A stretch of DNA of 64,000 bases from the IMG/VR virus record IMGVR_UViG_3300005253_000164, one strand, 5' to 3'. Of this stretch, positions 1-9,009 are shown in pieces (within the stretch, counting starts at the first letter, position 1; the number at the start of each line of letters is the position of its first letter). Made by a program: the position numbers and the translations under genes. The notes beneath the pieces were generated by a model, which saw only the letters and a list, made by a program, of their open reading frames with translations, searched no databases and was not told the DNA's origin. Source of the stretch: an uncultured virus (IMG/VR IMGVR_UViG_3300005253_000164) (taxonomy: Duplodnaviria; Heunggongvirae; Uroviricota; Caudoviricetes).

Positions 1-2
1 TT

Positions 3-755
3 GTGGAGCCAGAACTTCTCATTACGCATTTTTTCATTGGTTTTCTTGCTCTGGGTGTTGTCTTTCCTTATTTTTATAAGAAGAAACCTTCTGCCCCCAT
101 TTTCCCCATTATAATATTAAGCTTCATAATTTCATATTTGGTTTATCTCTGGGCATTAGCATGGGAAACAAACGCAATGGTTGAATTCAATCAGATAATG
201 GCACTAAAAGTTTCTGGGTTCGAAAAATATACTTGGTATTTTACATTGCTTGCTGCATCAATTGAAGAGCTAACAAAACTAGTAGGGCTTTTCATTCTGA
301 TGCATCTGACAGTAAAAAATTACATAATTAAAGATAAAAAATATCCTCTTCCAACATTTGGTAAACTAGGAATAATATCTGCAATTCTTATAGGTGGTCT
401 TTTCAGTTCTTATGAAAACCTGTTGTATGTAAAATATTCAACTTATCAAGAGAGTGTTGAAATTCTAATGGATCGAGTTATTGCTGGAGTTTTCTTTATC
501 CATGTAACTGCTGTGTATATTAATTACTATTTTATTACTCATCATAAAAAATTCATCCCAATAGGAATAATACTTTCTATCATATTCCATGCGACCTACA
601 ATTACCTTGTTTTTATGGCTATATTTGGTAGAACATCAGATTTCTACGCATGGTTATATGCATGGGGGACATTCTTCATAATTGTTTTCCTTCCGAATGG
701 GGGTATAAATTCTATGAACCAATTAATAAAAAAATTTAAACAAAAACAAACCTAG
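3..755 (+). CDS. prsW: PrsW-family (M82) intramembrane glutamic/metallo-protease
   Basis: Multi-TM protein with the three family motifs: IEELTK (EExxK), FSSYENLLY (FxxxEN), FHATYN (HxxxN). Confidence 0.85.
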   Translation: MEPELLITHFFIGFLALGVVFPYFYKKKPSAPIFPIIILSFIISYLVYLWALAWETNAMVEFNQIMALKVSGFEKYTWYFTLLAASIEELTKLVGLFILMHLTVKNYIIKDKKYPLPTFGKLGIISAILIGGLFSSYENLLYVKYSTYQESVEILMDRVIAGVFFIHVTAVYINYYFITHHKKFIPIGIILSIIFHATYNYLVFMAIFGRTSDFYAWLYAWGTFFIIVFLPNGGINSMNQLIKKFKQKQT

Positions 756-930
756 TGAACTACCATGACCTTTAGGACATGGCTTCTTGCTTCAGCAAAA
801 AATCTTACCACTCGCAATCTCATTGGATGAGAATGTGAATAGCAGAGGATTCTTCTCCACAAATAACGAAGAAAGTCCCTTTCTCCGATTCCCATTTAGG
901 GAATAAGCATCAAATAAGACATTTTGTGCA
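755..930 (-). ncRNA. Putative TnpB omega/reRNA overlapping the tnpB 3' end and right end
   Basis: Inferred from the known position of omegaRNA in IS200/605 elements; boundaries not determined. Confidence 0.45.
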
Positions 931-1979
931 GCGTTATAATCTCTGGGGACAAGATGTCCACAGTTACAATTATGTGTTCTGTCTGATAATTTCTTTGGAA
1001 CTATGGTCTTACACACACTGCATTTTGGGGTTGTATTCTTGGGATCCACTTTTACTACTTTACGTCCAGCACTTTCAGCCTTGATGTTAAGCATATTGAA
1101 AAATTCACCCCAAGAGGCATCCAAAATATGTCTGTTCAAAGTTTTAGACCTCTTGGATTGTAACATATTTGTGATGTTAAGATCTTCATGAGCAATGAGA
1201 TCATAATTTCGGATATAATATGTTGACATCTTGTGTAAGAAATCAATTCTCTGATTTTCTAAAGTTTCATAAATAATCCCAAGTTGTTGTTTAACTTTCT
1301 TGCGATTATTAGACCCCTTCTTTTTCCCAGATAATTCTCTTTGTTGTTTCTTTATTTTTGTAAGAGTCTTATCTATATTTCTTGGATATTCAAATTCATT
1401 TTTATCACTATCAGTAACAAATTTTGAAATCCCAACATCCAATCCAACATCTTTCCCAGTAACTGGTAAAGGAGCTACTTGTTTATCTATCTGGACATTG
1501 ACAAACCATTTTCCAGTATTAGTTTTCTTAATTATTATCCCTTTCACCGCTCCATCAATCTTACGATGAATAATGGTGCGAATATTACCAATTTTAGAGA
1601 ATTTAATTCTATTGTTTGATTCATCAATCTTGAAACCAGATTGATTGAAATTTAATGTCTTATACCAACCCTTCCCTTTGAATCGTAATCCACCGATTCG
1701 ATTACTTTTTTTCTTGCTCTCTGAAAGACCTCGAACATTACTCCAAAGAGTATAGTTGACCATCTGAAGAACTTTGGAATATACCTTTTTCAAATAAGGA
1801 TTGGTTTTCTTCCACTCTGGTATGAAATTCTGAGTATCCACCTTGGATAATTTGTTTCCTTTTGAAATTGAAGATAATATTTGATTGTATAAGCGTCTAC
1901 AAGTTTCTAAATTTCCCTCAAGCAATAATATTTGTTGAGGTGTGGGATAAAGTCTAAACTTATAGGTATACACCAACAC
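792..1979 (-). CDS. tnpB: RNA-guided endonuclease TnpB
   Basis: N-terminal YKFRLYPT HTH, RuvC-I GLDVG, RuvC-II HED, CSVC/CNCG Zn ribbon, RuvC-III RDYNAA; catalytic D-E-D intact. Confidence 0.95.
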   Translation of the reverse strand: MLVYTYKFRLYPTPQQILLLEGNLETCRRLYNQILSSISKGNKLSKVDTQNFIPEWKKTNPYLKKVYSKVLQMVNYTLWSNVRGLSESKKKSNRIGGLRFKGKGWYKTLNFNQSGFKIDESNNRIKFSKIGNIRTIIHRKIDGAVKGIIIKKTNTGKWFVNVQIDKQVAPLPVTGKDVGLDVGISKFVTDSDKNEFEYPRNIDKTLTKIKKQQRELSGKKKGSNNRKKVKQQLGIIYETLENQRIDFLHKMSTYYIRNYDLIAHEDLNITNMLQSKRSKTLNRHILDASWGEFFNMLNIKAESAGRKVVKVDPKNTTPKCSVCKTIVPKKLSDRTHNCNCGHLVPRDYNAAQNVLFDAYSLNGNRRKGLSSLFVEKNPLLFTFSSNEIASGKIFC

Positions 1980-2192
1980 GTATTAATTGAGGACCTCATC
2001 ATTATTAAATGCTGTCCAGACAGTGTATTATAAATGTAAATTATATCACCAAGCTATTCATCTCCCACCTAAAGGAAGGGGACTTCTTATTCATCAGATT
2101 AAAACAAGATGAACCAGATAAATAACGTCCAAATATTAAAATAAATGAATTATTCACTGAAATCAAATTAGAAAATTGAATGAAAATTATTA

Positions 2193-2228
2193 TTAGTAAA
2201 AATATAAACAAAACACAGACTATTAAAA
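2193..2228 (+). promoter_or_regulatory. 36-bp promoter repeat, identical copy at 56964-56999
   Basis: TTAGTAAAAATATAAACAAAACACAGACTATTAAAA ~30 nt upstream of the ATG at both 2262 and 57027. Confidence 0.8.
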
Positions 2229-2261
2229 AGAGTATTTAAATATTAATTCAAGGAACTAACT

Positions 2262-3098
2262 ATGTCTAAAAGAACAAGACCTCACTATCAGAAATCCCAG
2301 AAAGGAAATGTTAGTAAAAGAGGTTCACCCAAAGGTAAAGTTACTCATAACATTTCAATTAATCCTAGGAAATGGAGAAAGAAAAAAACAGCTCCAACAA
2401 GACATGGGACTGAACTAATAGTAACTAAAGAGTATGCTCAAGCTCTTGCAGATATAAATGGACAAATTCTAGATATTAATAAGGAAATTAATGATTATCA
2501 AAGAAGAGGTGAGGCAACTCCCCAAGGGCTACTTGATGATAAAGCAAAATTAAAACAAGAAATCTTGCAGATCAGAGAGGATGTTCAAGAAGAATTAGAT
2601 TCTCATCCTATTAATAATGTTGAAATGAGAGAAAATCTTTCCACTTCTGAAATTATCGATGCAGTTGAAGAAAAACAGAAACCTATTATTCTTGAAAAAT
2701 TAGAAGCTACTAAGGTTCGCAGAGAGCATGAAAAGACAGGCAAAAAAGCTAAAGAAGCAGAAGCTAAGAAAAAGAAGGAAGGTGTCTCTGTTAGTGTTAC
2801 AGCACTCAAAACCTCTACGAAATCGATGACACCAGATCAAATCCACAACATCAATAGTGTTGTTGTAGCAATTCGTGATGATGGTCACTTTGGTACTTTT
2901 GATAGAAGGAATTCAAAACAATTCACAGACATAAAAACTGCTCTCGAAAAAACGTCTTTGACACAACAAATGATTAAAGACTTGAAGGCAGATGAACATT
3001 TAGCAGTCTCATACAATGAGAAGTCTAAGAAGTTTGGTTATGCGATTGATAAAGATGTATCGAAAGCAAAAGACCAAGCCAAATCCAGAGCAAGGTAA
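2262..3098 (+). CDS. Hypothetical coiled-coil protein with RxHY basic N-tail
   Basis: 278 aa ORF, starts MSKRTRPHYQK. Confidence 0.8.
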   Translation: MSKRTRPHYQKSQKGNVSKRGSPKGKVTHNISINPRKWRKKKTAPTRHGTELIVTKEYAQALADINGQILDINKEINDYQRRGEATPQGLLDDKAKLKQEILQIREDVQEELDSHPINNVEMRENLSTSEIIDAVEEKQKPIILEKLEATKVRREHEKTGKKAKEAEAKKKKEGVSVSVTALKTSTKSMTPDQIHNINSVVVAIRDDGHFGTFDRRNSKQFTDIKTALEKTSLTQQMIKDLKADEHLAVSYNEKSKKFGYAIDKDVSKAKDQAKSRAR

Positions 3099-3106
3099 GG
3101 CTAAAA

Positions 3107-3892
3107 ATGAGTCGCAGATCCCATTATCACAAAAATAAAGATGTAGTTTCCAAAAGAGGTAATTCCAGATCTACTTCTCACGAAGCACCTTGGTCCCCTT
3201 TCAAAAAGAAGGAAAAGAAGGAAAAAATAACCATTCGCAAAAAGAATGAAATTAGAGATCTTCCTTCTATGAAACAAGATCAAGTCGCATCGATATTAAA
3301 TTCATTAAAACCTCATAAAGATCTCCCAGAACAATCGATAGTAATTTCAGAGAAAAAGGGTATTATACTTCAAAAAGAAGGAAGGAATAAGGTAGTAACA
3401 TACGAACCTAAAGCATCAGAAGAACATGTTTATGCAGATCAACCAAAAAATACATTGTATGACATTCATACACATGGAGAGTGGTCAGTTCATTCTGCTC
3501 CAGACGTATTAGTTTTACTAAAATATCCTTCAGTAAAAGAATCAATATTGATGACACCAAAGGAGCATCCAAATGCAAGTAATTTGATTTATGTTCTAAG
3601 CAGAACAAATCTACCTGCAAGGAATAAAATAATCCCTGTTAATGATATAGATTTCGATAAGAAATTTCTGAAGGAATACAATGATGCAATGAAGGCAGGA
3701 AAGAAACACATTCGTTCCAAAAAGAATGCTGTTGATTGGTTTGATGATCCAACTCTTCGAGAAGGCTCTCTTGAAGATAAGGAAATGGCTGCCGAACTAA
3801 AAGGATTGGAACTATTGGGTAAACAATATGGTTTCAAAATTAGTGCCGCAGTTAGGGATACAACCCTAATAGATGAAGAGCTAATAATGTAA
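3107..3892 (+). CDS. JAB/MPN+-like metalloenzyme with RxHY N-tail
   Basis: Upstream Glu plus DIHTHGEWSVHSAPD resembles JAMM H-x-H-x(6-7)-S-x2-D. Confidence 0.55.
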   Translation: MSRRSHYHKNKDVVSKRGNSRSTSHEAPWSPFKKKEKKEKITIRKKNEIRDLPSMKQDQVASILNSLKPHKDLPEQSIVISEKKGIILQKEGRNKVVTYEPKASEEHVYADQPKNTLYDIHTHGEWSVHSAPDVLVLLKYPSVKESILMTPKEHPNASNLIYVLSRTNLPARNKIIPVNDIDFDKKFLKEYNDAMKAGKKHIRSKKNAVDWFDDPTLREGSLEDKEMAAELKGLELLGKQYGFKISAAVRDTTLIDEELIM

Positions 3893-3904
3893 CGGTGAAT
3901 TAAC

Positions 3905-4612
3905 ATGGCAAAAAAGAAAAGAAAACACAGTGCAGTTCGAGGACAAGTAACTCATAGCAAAGGACAGAAGAAATTAGAACTGAAAAAATATGATGCCGCA
4001 GTAGGGGTTGAAGCCAGAGGTTTTGCTTTAGGTATTCAGACGAGAGATGAACGTAAAATGCGGATGCATAAAGACAATATTGATGGTCTTAAAGCACAAG
4101 GATTCAAAGAGATTGAACGAATGGACCGACAAATTGATGTAGATCCAAGAACTTCCTCAACAGAAAGTTATACTGAAGATGAAGTCAAAGGAGCTATGAG
4201 GGCAGGTATTGAAGAATATCGTTTGAGATATAGGGATTTAAGTGATCCTTATCTTGAACAAGCATCAAGTGGAACACATGCACCAGAAAGAGTTCAAAGG
4301 GATGCAACCGAAATGCTCAAGAAAGTTCAAAAATCTATGAAGTTGAATAAATTGACTGCTGACCAATTATCAGAAAAAGAAGGTCTTGATCAGATTATTC
4401 CTCTTTCCGATGAGCCCATTTTATTAGCAGAAATCAATAAATTTACTCCAGAAGATTCTGGTCGATCAAGAGCTTTATCAGAAGATGTAAGGGCATACTA
4501 TGATTTCATGATTATAAAGCTGGATCAGACAAAAGAAACCAGACCAATTAATGCCTGGTCACTTGCAAGTTCATACCTAATCTATCGTGCTTCACTCTAC
4601 GGAAGAAAATAA
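3905..4612 (+). CDS. Hypothetical protein with basic N-tail (RKHS variant)
   Basis: 235 aa ORF preceded by GGTGA SD. Confidence 0.8.
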   Translation: MAKKKRKHSAVRGQVTHSKGQKKLELKKYDAAVGVEARGFALGIQTRDERKMRMHKDNIDGLKAQGFKEIERMDRQIDVDPRTSSTESYTEDEVKGAMRAGIEEYRLRYRDLSDPYLEQASSGTHAPERVQRDATEMLKKVQKSMKLNKLTADQLSEKEGLDQIIPLSDEPILLAEINKFTPEDSGRSRALSEDVRAYYDFMIIKLDQTKETRPINAWSLASSYLIYRASLYGRK

Positions 4613-4680
4613 ATGCTAAACTAACCGTTATATATAAATAAAGTGCCATGATTTAAAAACAAACAAGAGAAGTATTTGAT

Positions 4681-5121
4681 ATGTTCATACATAATTTGCT
4701 CTGTATGCTTTGTGACTCAATCACCACAAAGAAGAGAGTGCATTGGTGTGAACTGAAATTTCATTATATTCTGTATTATCATTCTCTATTTGTAGGAAAT
4801 CCAGTAAACTCTAAATTATTAGTTAAAATTATTACAGATCTGGATAATCCATATCGAGTTCAGAGGAATAGATATTTTAAATTAAAACCAATACTGGAAG
4901 ATAATGGATACATAGAATGTGAACAAAAGAATTTGAGGGATGGAAGAACAGTTAATTTTACTTTTACAGAAAATGGACTAGAAGAATTACAGGAAATTAT
5001 ACAAAAATATCAAGCTTTTATTAATAAAAATGGACTAGAAAATTTCTTAATGAGTTATAAAGCAGAGATTTATCAATTTGTAAAAAATAAAGTCACCATT
5101 TTTACTAGTGAAAACTCGTAG
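4681..5121 (+). CDS. Winged-helix (MarR/PadR-like) DNA-binding protein
   Basis: LEDNGYIE...DGRTVNFTFTENG wing motif. Confidence 0.6.
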   Translation: MFIHNLLCMLCDSITTKKRVHWCELKFHYILYYHSLFVGNPVNSKLLVKIITDLDNPYRVQRNRYFKLKPILEDNGYIECEQKNLRDGRTVNFTFTENGLEELQEIIQKYQAFINKNGLENFLMSYKAEIYQFVKNKVTIFTSENS

Positions 5122-5487
5122 AATCGCTCTAAAACCCACAAAATCGATACTTTTAATAAGGATGGTGAGTATATATAATATAGGGGGAAGTGGTATGAGT
5201 ATCGCACTCAAGCCACATACCCGCAAATTCGACTGTTTTCTTAGATAAAAAGATGGGAAAACTGTCAAATTGGTTGATTTTATAGTCCAAAACAACCAAA
5301 AAACCGAAACCTTATTAAGTAATAAAACGAATATATAGTATAGGAGAAGCATAACCAATGGCTTCTCTATGATCAGCAAAAACTCATCCATTATAAAAAG
5401 ATCATTTATAATGATACAAAAACACATTTTATAGATTAAACAAAAAACAGTTAATATAAATGTGATAACTTGTCGATGAAATACAAG

Positions 5488-5795
5488 TCTCTCTCACATT
5501 AGGATTGCAAACCACTATCCTATAAAATTCTAAATAGGTTCACCTAACTTTAACTTTTCATGGCCTATTTAGTCTCTCCAATTTAAGAAGCAAAAGACGA
5601 GATAAACAGCTAAGGAGAATGTTCTGAGGTAACATTTGATGATAGAGATTTCCAGACTCGTAAGCTACTGGAAGCAAGTCTACAATCCCTCATCTATCAC
5701 ACGACAGGTTTGAAACACCTGTTATAACCACTCAATCAACTTTGATTGTGTTAGAATGGTAAGGTTCCTATTTTTTTCATTACCTTACCATTTCT
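5488..5795 (+). ncRNA. Hairpin-rich non-coding leader/ncRNA at the head of the CTCTC array
   Basis: No ORF; stems CTAAATAGG/CCTATTTAG, GATAGA/TCTATC, TTCCAG/CTGGAA, ACAGGT/ACCTGT, CAATCAA/TTGATTG, AATGGTAAGGT/ACCTTACCATT; TATA-like TTAATATAAA at 5451-5460. Confidence 0.55.
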
Positions 5796-5865
5796 CTGAA
5801 ATGTCTTAATAAGACAGGAAAACGCTTATTCCCCCAAATGGGATAACAAGCAGGTGACAAAAAAG
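5793..5865 (+). repeat. ~70-bp structured 5' leader, copy 1 (other copies ~6358-6428 and ~8301-8374)
   Basis: CTCT-AAATG-NNN-TAA...ACAGGAAAACGCTTATTCCCCC...TGGGATAACAAGCAGGTGA-(A-rich)-ATG present three times. Confidence 0.9.
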
Positions 5866-6327
5866 ATGTTTGCAAAACGAAAAACAATCCTATTAGAAGT
5901 ATATGACCACAAAATAGCAACGGACTCAACCAACCTTGAAACCGACAAATGGACACACTATTGGAATTTTAAAGTAACAGTTGTTACATTATTCAACAAA
6001 GTGAGAGAAGTTAAAGTCGATTTAACTGAAATAGTAAAAATTCTATTAAAGAAGGAGAATGCAGAAGAGTTTTCAGAATTCTTTGATAATATGTCTCTGG
6101 TAAATCTGGCAATCAAGGAGATGCTTTTGAACAAGAAGCTACCAACTAAAGTTGAGCCAGTTGAAACATACTTCGAACATCCAATTGGAACCCACTGGCA
6201 TAGAATTACAGGAAACCTAAAATTCTTTATTAAGGATTTAGATTTCAAAGAAGAAGAACTTATAGCAATGCCTTCTATAGCATCTATAGCTTCTATAACT
6301 GATTCAGTAGCTCCAGTTGTAGTATAA
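5866..6327 (+). CDS. Hypothetical protein
   Basis: Start moved to ATG 5866; the track's GTG at 5854 is part of the GGTGA SD. Confidence 0.75.
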   Translation: MFAKRKTILLEVYDHKIATDSTNLETDKWTHYWNFKVTVVTLFNKVREVKVDLTEIVKILLKKENAEEFSEFFDNMSLVNLAIKEMLLNKKLPTKVEPVETYFEHPIGTHWHRITGNLKFFIKDLDFKEEELIAMPSIASIASITDSVAPVVV

Positions 6328-6428
6328 TTCACAACAAATGATGCCCGAATGCGAGGCACTCTAAAATGTCCTAAAAAGACAGGAAAACGCTTATTCCCCC
6401 ATGATGGGATAACAAGCAGGTGACAAAA

Positions 6429-6896
6429 ATGAACATCACAGTAACAAAAGACACTATGATTGACGCTTTATATAGCGAAACCGATATGCTTGGTCTAATC
6501 AAGCACAATACTAATAAGAACCCTAAAAATAGCAGGGCAATGAACCATTGTAAATCACATGGATACAGAACTTGTGTCCCAGAATCAAGGGTTTATGCAT
6601 CGTTATTAGTAGTAGTAATCAAAGCAGAAGTTGCATTGAAGAAAGGACTTAGAGAAGTGATTATGCCCCCAATCCACAAGGCTAAAACTCACATCAATCT
6701 AAGGAATTTCAATTTTCCAATGAAGGATAATCACTACAAAAATAGACCAAAACAATTGGGTAAACACTATCAAAGGTATGTAGCAATGCCAAACAAAGAT
6801 AGGGTGAAAAGATTCAATCAAGAACTACGATTCCTTGCTTCTCTTACAAATGAGAACATTGATGAATTTGTAGACGACATTTATATTCTTTACTAG
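6429..6896 (+). CDS. Hypothetical basic protein
   Basis: ATG after GGTGA of leader copy 2. Confidence 0.75.
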   Translation: MNITVTKDTMIDALYSETDMLGLIKHNTNKNPKNSRAMNHCKSHGYRTCVPESRVYASLLVVVIKAEVALKKGLREVIMPPIHKAKTHINLRNFNFPMKDNHYKNRPKQLGKHYQRYVAMPNKDRVKRFNQELRFLASLTNENIDEFVDDIYILY

Positions 6897-6984
6897 AATA
6901 TATTCACCAATTATTGATGCCCGAATGCGAGGCTCTCTATGGTATGAATGAATAACAAATATTCATACTGAGTTGAACAATCAC

Positions 6985-7212
6985 ATGAGTACAATCATTG
7001 ATCAAAAATTCGAAACTATTACCGTCAAATCAGACGCAGATGAAATCCAATCACTACTTGAAGAAGCAGATCTACTTATAGGTTTAAACACCTATGTTAC
7101 AGAGATCAATACTTCAACTATTGAAGAACTTGAGGCAGAAATAGCTTACTTAAGAGATACTCCCAAAAATGTATCTGAGTATGAGCCTTGGGATATGGGT
7201 GAATTAAGATAA
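6985..7212 (+). CDS. Small acidic hypothetical protein
   Basis: ORF track; first ATG at 6985. Confidence 0.6.
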   Translation: MSTIIDQKFETITVKSDADEIQSLLEEADLLIGLNTYVTEINTSTIEELEAEIAYLRDTPKNVSEYEPWDMGELR

Positions 7213-7329
7213 TTGGTAATAGTTTAAGTTCTCTCCTCATGTTGACATTAATCGATCAATTATATTATACGAAATTCCAAAAAAGAATGCAATCTGAAAT
7301 AATTGCAGTTTTAAACGGAACTGATTCAA

Positions 7330-7503
7330 ATGGAAACTACACAAATATATGATCCTATTTATATTACAAATTCTAAGTTTTGGAATTATGTAAAATGTAG
7401 GATATGTCATGCTATCCTTACAAAAGATGGAGACACAATAATCTGTTTAGATTGTGGGTTTAAACACCCCGCAATCAAACTAATTGAATTATGTAGTATC
7501 TAA
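7330..7503 (+). CDS. 57-aa Zn-ribbon microprotein (not in ORF track)
   Basis: METTQIYDP...CRIC...CLDCG...; stop immediately precedes the 15-bp repeat. Confidence 0.6.
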   Translation: METTQIYDPIYITNSKFWNYVKCRICHAILTKDGDTIICLDCGFKHPAIKLIELCSI

Positions 7504-7534
7504 AACACAATGCCCGAATGCGAGGCTCTCCCCT

Positions 7535-7927
7535 ATGGATGAAAATAAAAAATCTCCAAAACCAAAATGTGAAGCGACCATTGTTATAGACAATCATACT
7601 ATAAAATGCAGAGAAGATACTCATACAGATGACACATGGCACAAAGGTCTTTTCTACGCAAGACAACCTATAAATGATAAAATTAATATTTTTATCACTC
7701 AACAATATCATTGGAGAAAAGAAAAATCCACAAGTGATGAATATATACAAAAATCAAATGATAGGTTTAATAAACCAATGACTAAGGAATTATCGAGCAC
7801 AATATGCAATTGTGGTGATATTCTTAACACTTGCTTATTTAAAGATCCATGTTGCCACTGTGCTGATAGAGAACTTTGTCATGGATGCTTAGTACTAATG
7901 AAACAAAGGAATCGTAATAAAACTTAA
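7535..7927 (+). CDS. Cys-rich hypothetical protein
   Basis: ATG directly after CTCTCCCCT; N-terminus MDENKKSPKPK shared with 8801. Confidence 0.7.
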   Translation: MDENKKSPKPKCEATIVIDNHTIKCREDTHTDDTWHKGLFYARQPINDKINIFITQQYHWRKEKSTSDEYIQKSNDRFNKPMTKELSSTICNCGDILNTCLFKDPCCHCADRELCHGCLVLMKQRNRNKT

Positions 7928-8018
7928 ACAATTCGCACACACATAACATGCCCGAATGCGAGGCTCTCTCCTATCTATAAGGCGATTATTCGAAAAAATT
8001 ATAGAAAAGGTGAAATAA

Positions 8019-8261
8019 ATGACCAAAGAAAAAATTAGTGAAAGAGAAACAATTGCAGTTCTTCTGTATTTGATTGATGATTTGAAAAGAAAAATAATAG
8101 AAAAGGAAAAATTCCATCCTTATCAATTACCAACACTCAATTCCATTATTAAATGCACAGAAGAGAGTTATGTATTACCTTTGAAAGAAGAAGAATTTCA
8201 AAAAATTATTATTGATACAAAAAGGCATATATTATATACTCAAAAACAATTGCAGTTATAA
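8019..8261 (+). CDS. Hypothetical protein
   Basis: GGTGA SD upstream. Confidence 0.7.
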   Translation: MTKEKISERETIAVLLYLIDDLKRKIIEKEKFHPYQLPTLNSIIKCTEESYVLPLKEEEFQKIIIDTKRHILYTQKQLQL

Positions 8262-8374
8262 TTTTCATTTAATATCACACAATCAAGCCCGAATGCGAGG
8301 CTCTCTCAAATGTTTTAACAGAAACAGGAAAACGCTTATTCCCCCAAATGGGATAACAAGCAGGTGAAAAAAAA

Positions 8375-8779
8375 ATGATAAACCCAACATTAGCAATACT
8401 CATCCTACTTTGGAACACCTTACCAATGATGGTAAACATAATTTTAGTCTTAAATGGCTATGAAATTAAAAAATGGATTTTTTATTTGGCTCCAATCACT
8501 GCATTATTGTGGTGGTGGGCAATTAAAACAGGTTTAACCGAAGTAGAGTGGAATGAGATGCAAATGATCCGAAAAGCACTTAATGAATTTGATTATGTTT
8601 CTTTAGGATGTCCTTCTAACAACAAAATTTGTGATCCTCAAAAAATTTATAAAACTTATAAAAAAACAGGACAAAAGAAATTTGTTGCTTGGAAAAATAA
8701 TGCGACACTATATTTTTATATTGAAGATAATCGTGTCTGGTCAAGGATAGCAAATGCTCCTCGACTACCAGTTTACTAG
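8375..8779 (+). CDS. Membrane protein (2 N-terminal TM helices)
   Basis: Hydrophobic N-terminus; follows leader copy 3. Confidence 0.7.
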   Translation: MINPTLAILILLWNTLPMMVNIILVLNGYEIKKWIFYLAPITALLWWWAIKTGLTEVEWNEMQMIRKALNEFDYVSLGCPSNNKICDPQKIYKTYKKTGQKKFVAWKNNATLYFYIEDNRVWSRIANAPRLPVY

Positions 8780-8800
8780 TAGTTTCTAGTAATCTCTCCT

Positions 8801-9004
8801 ATGGATGAAAATAAAAATCCTCCAGAACCAAAATGGTTGAAATTCAAACTTCACCCAAAATGGCATATTAGAGAAGCAGGCTATCGTTGTTCACAATGCA
8901 ATGCATATAATGGACCCGATCACGAAGCATTTTCAGTTGATAAACATGATACTGATAGATTAGGCTATATTTGTAGAAAATGCTATGACCTCCTCTCTAA
9001 ATAA
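8801..9004 (+). CDS. Zn-finger microprotein
   Basis: CSQC...CRKC; CTCTCCT-ATG start. Confidence 0.7.
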   Translation: MDENKNPPEPKWLKFKLHPKWHIREAGYRCSQCNAYNGPDHEAFSVDKHDTDRLGYICRKCYDLLSK

Positions 9005-9009
9005 ACTCC

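Larger units (their letters stand above)
755..2091 (-). mobile_element. IS200/IS605-superfamily (IS1341-type, tnpB-only) insertion sequence
   Basis: tnpB flanked by characteristic subterminal hairpins: GTGAACTACCATGACCTTTAGGACATGGCTTC (755-786) and TTCATCTCCCACCTAAAGGAAGGGGACTTC (2058-2087); no tnpA; exact ends approximate. Confidence 0.8.
6343..8301 (+). repeat. Five identical 15-bp repeats GCCCGAATGCGAGGC (6343, 6919, 7512, 7950, 8287), each fused to a CTCT(C) mark
   Basis: Read directly; each follows a gene stop; forms a GCCCG-AATG-CG(A)GGC bulged hairpin. Confidence 0.95.

Noticed and set aside
6343..8301. CRISPR array from the GCCCGAATGCGAGGC repeats
   Set aside because: Repeat only 15-20 bp, spacers are 300-600 bp containing genes, and no cas genes are present
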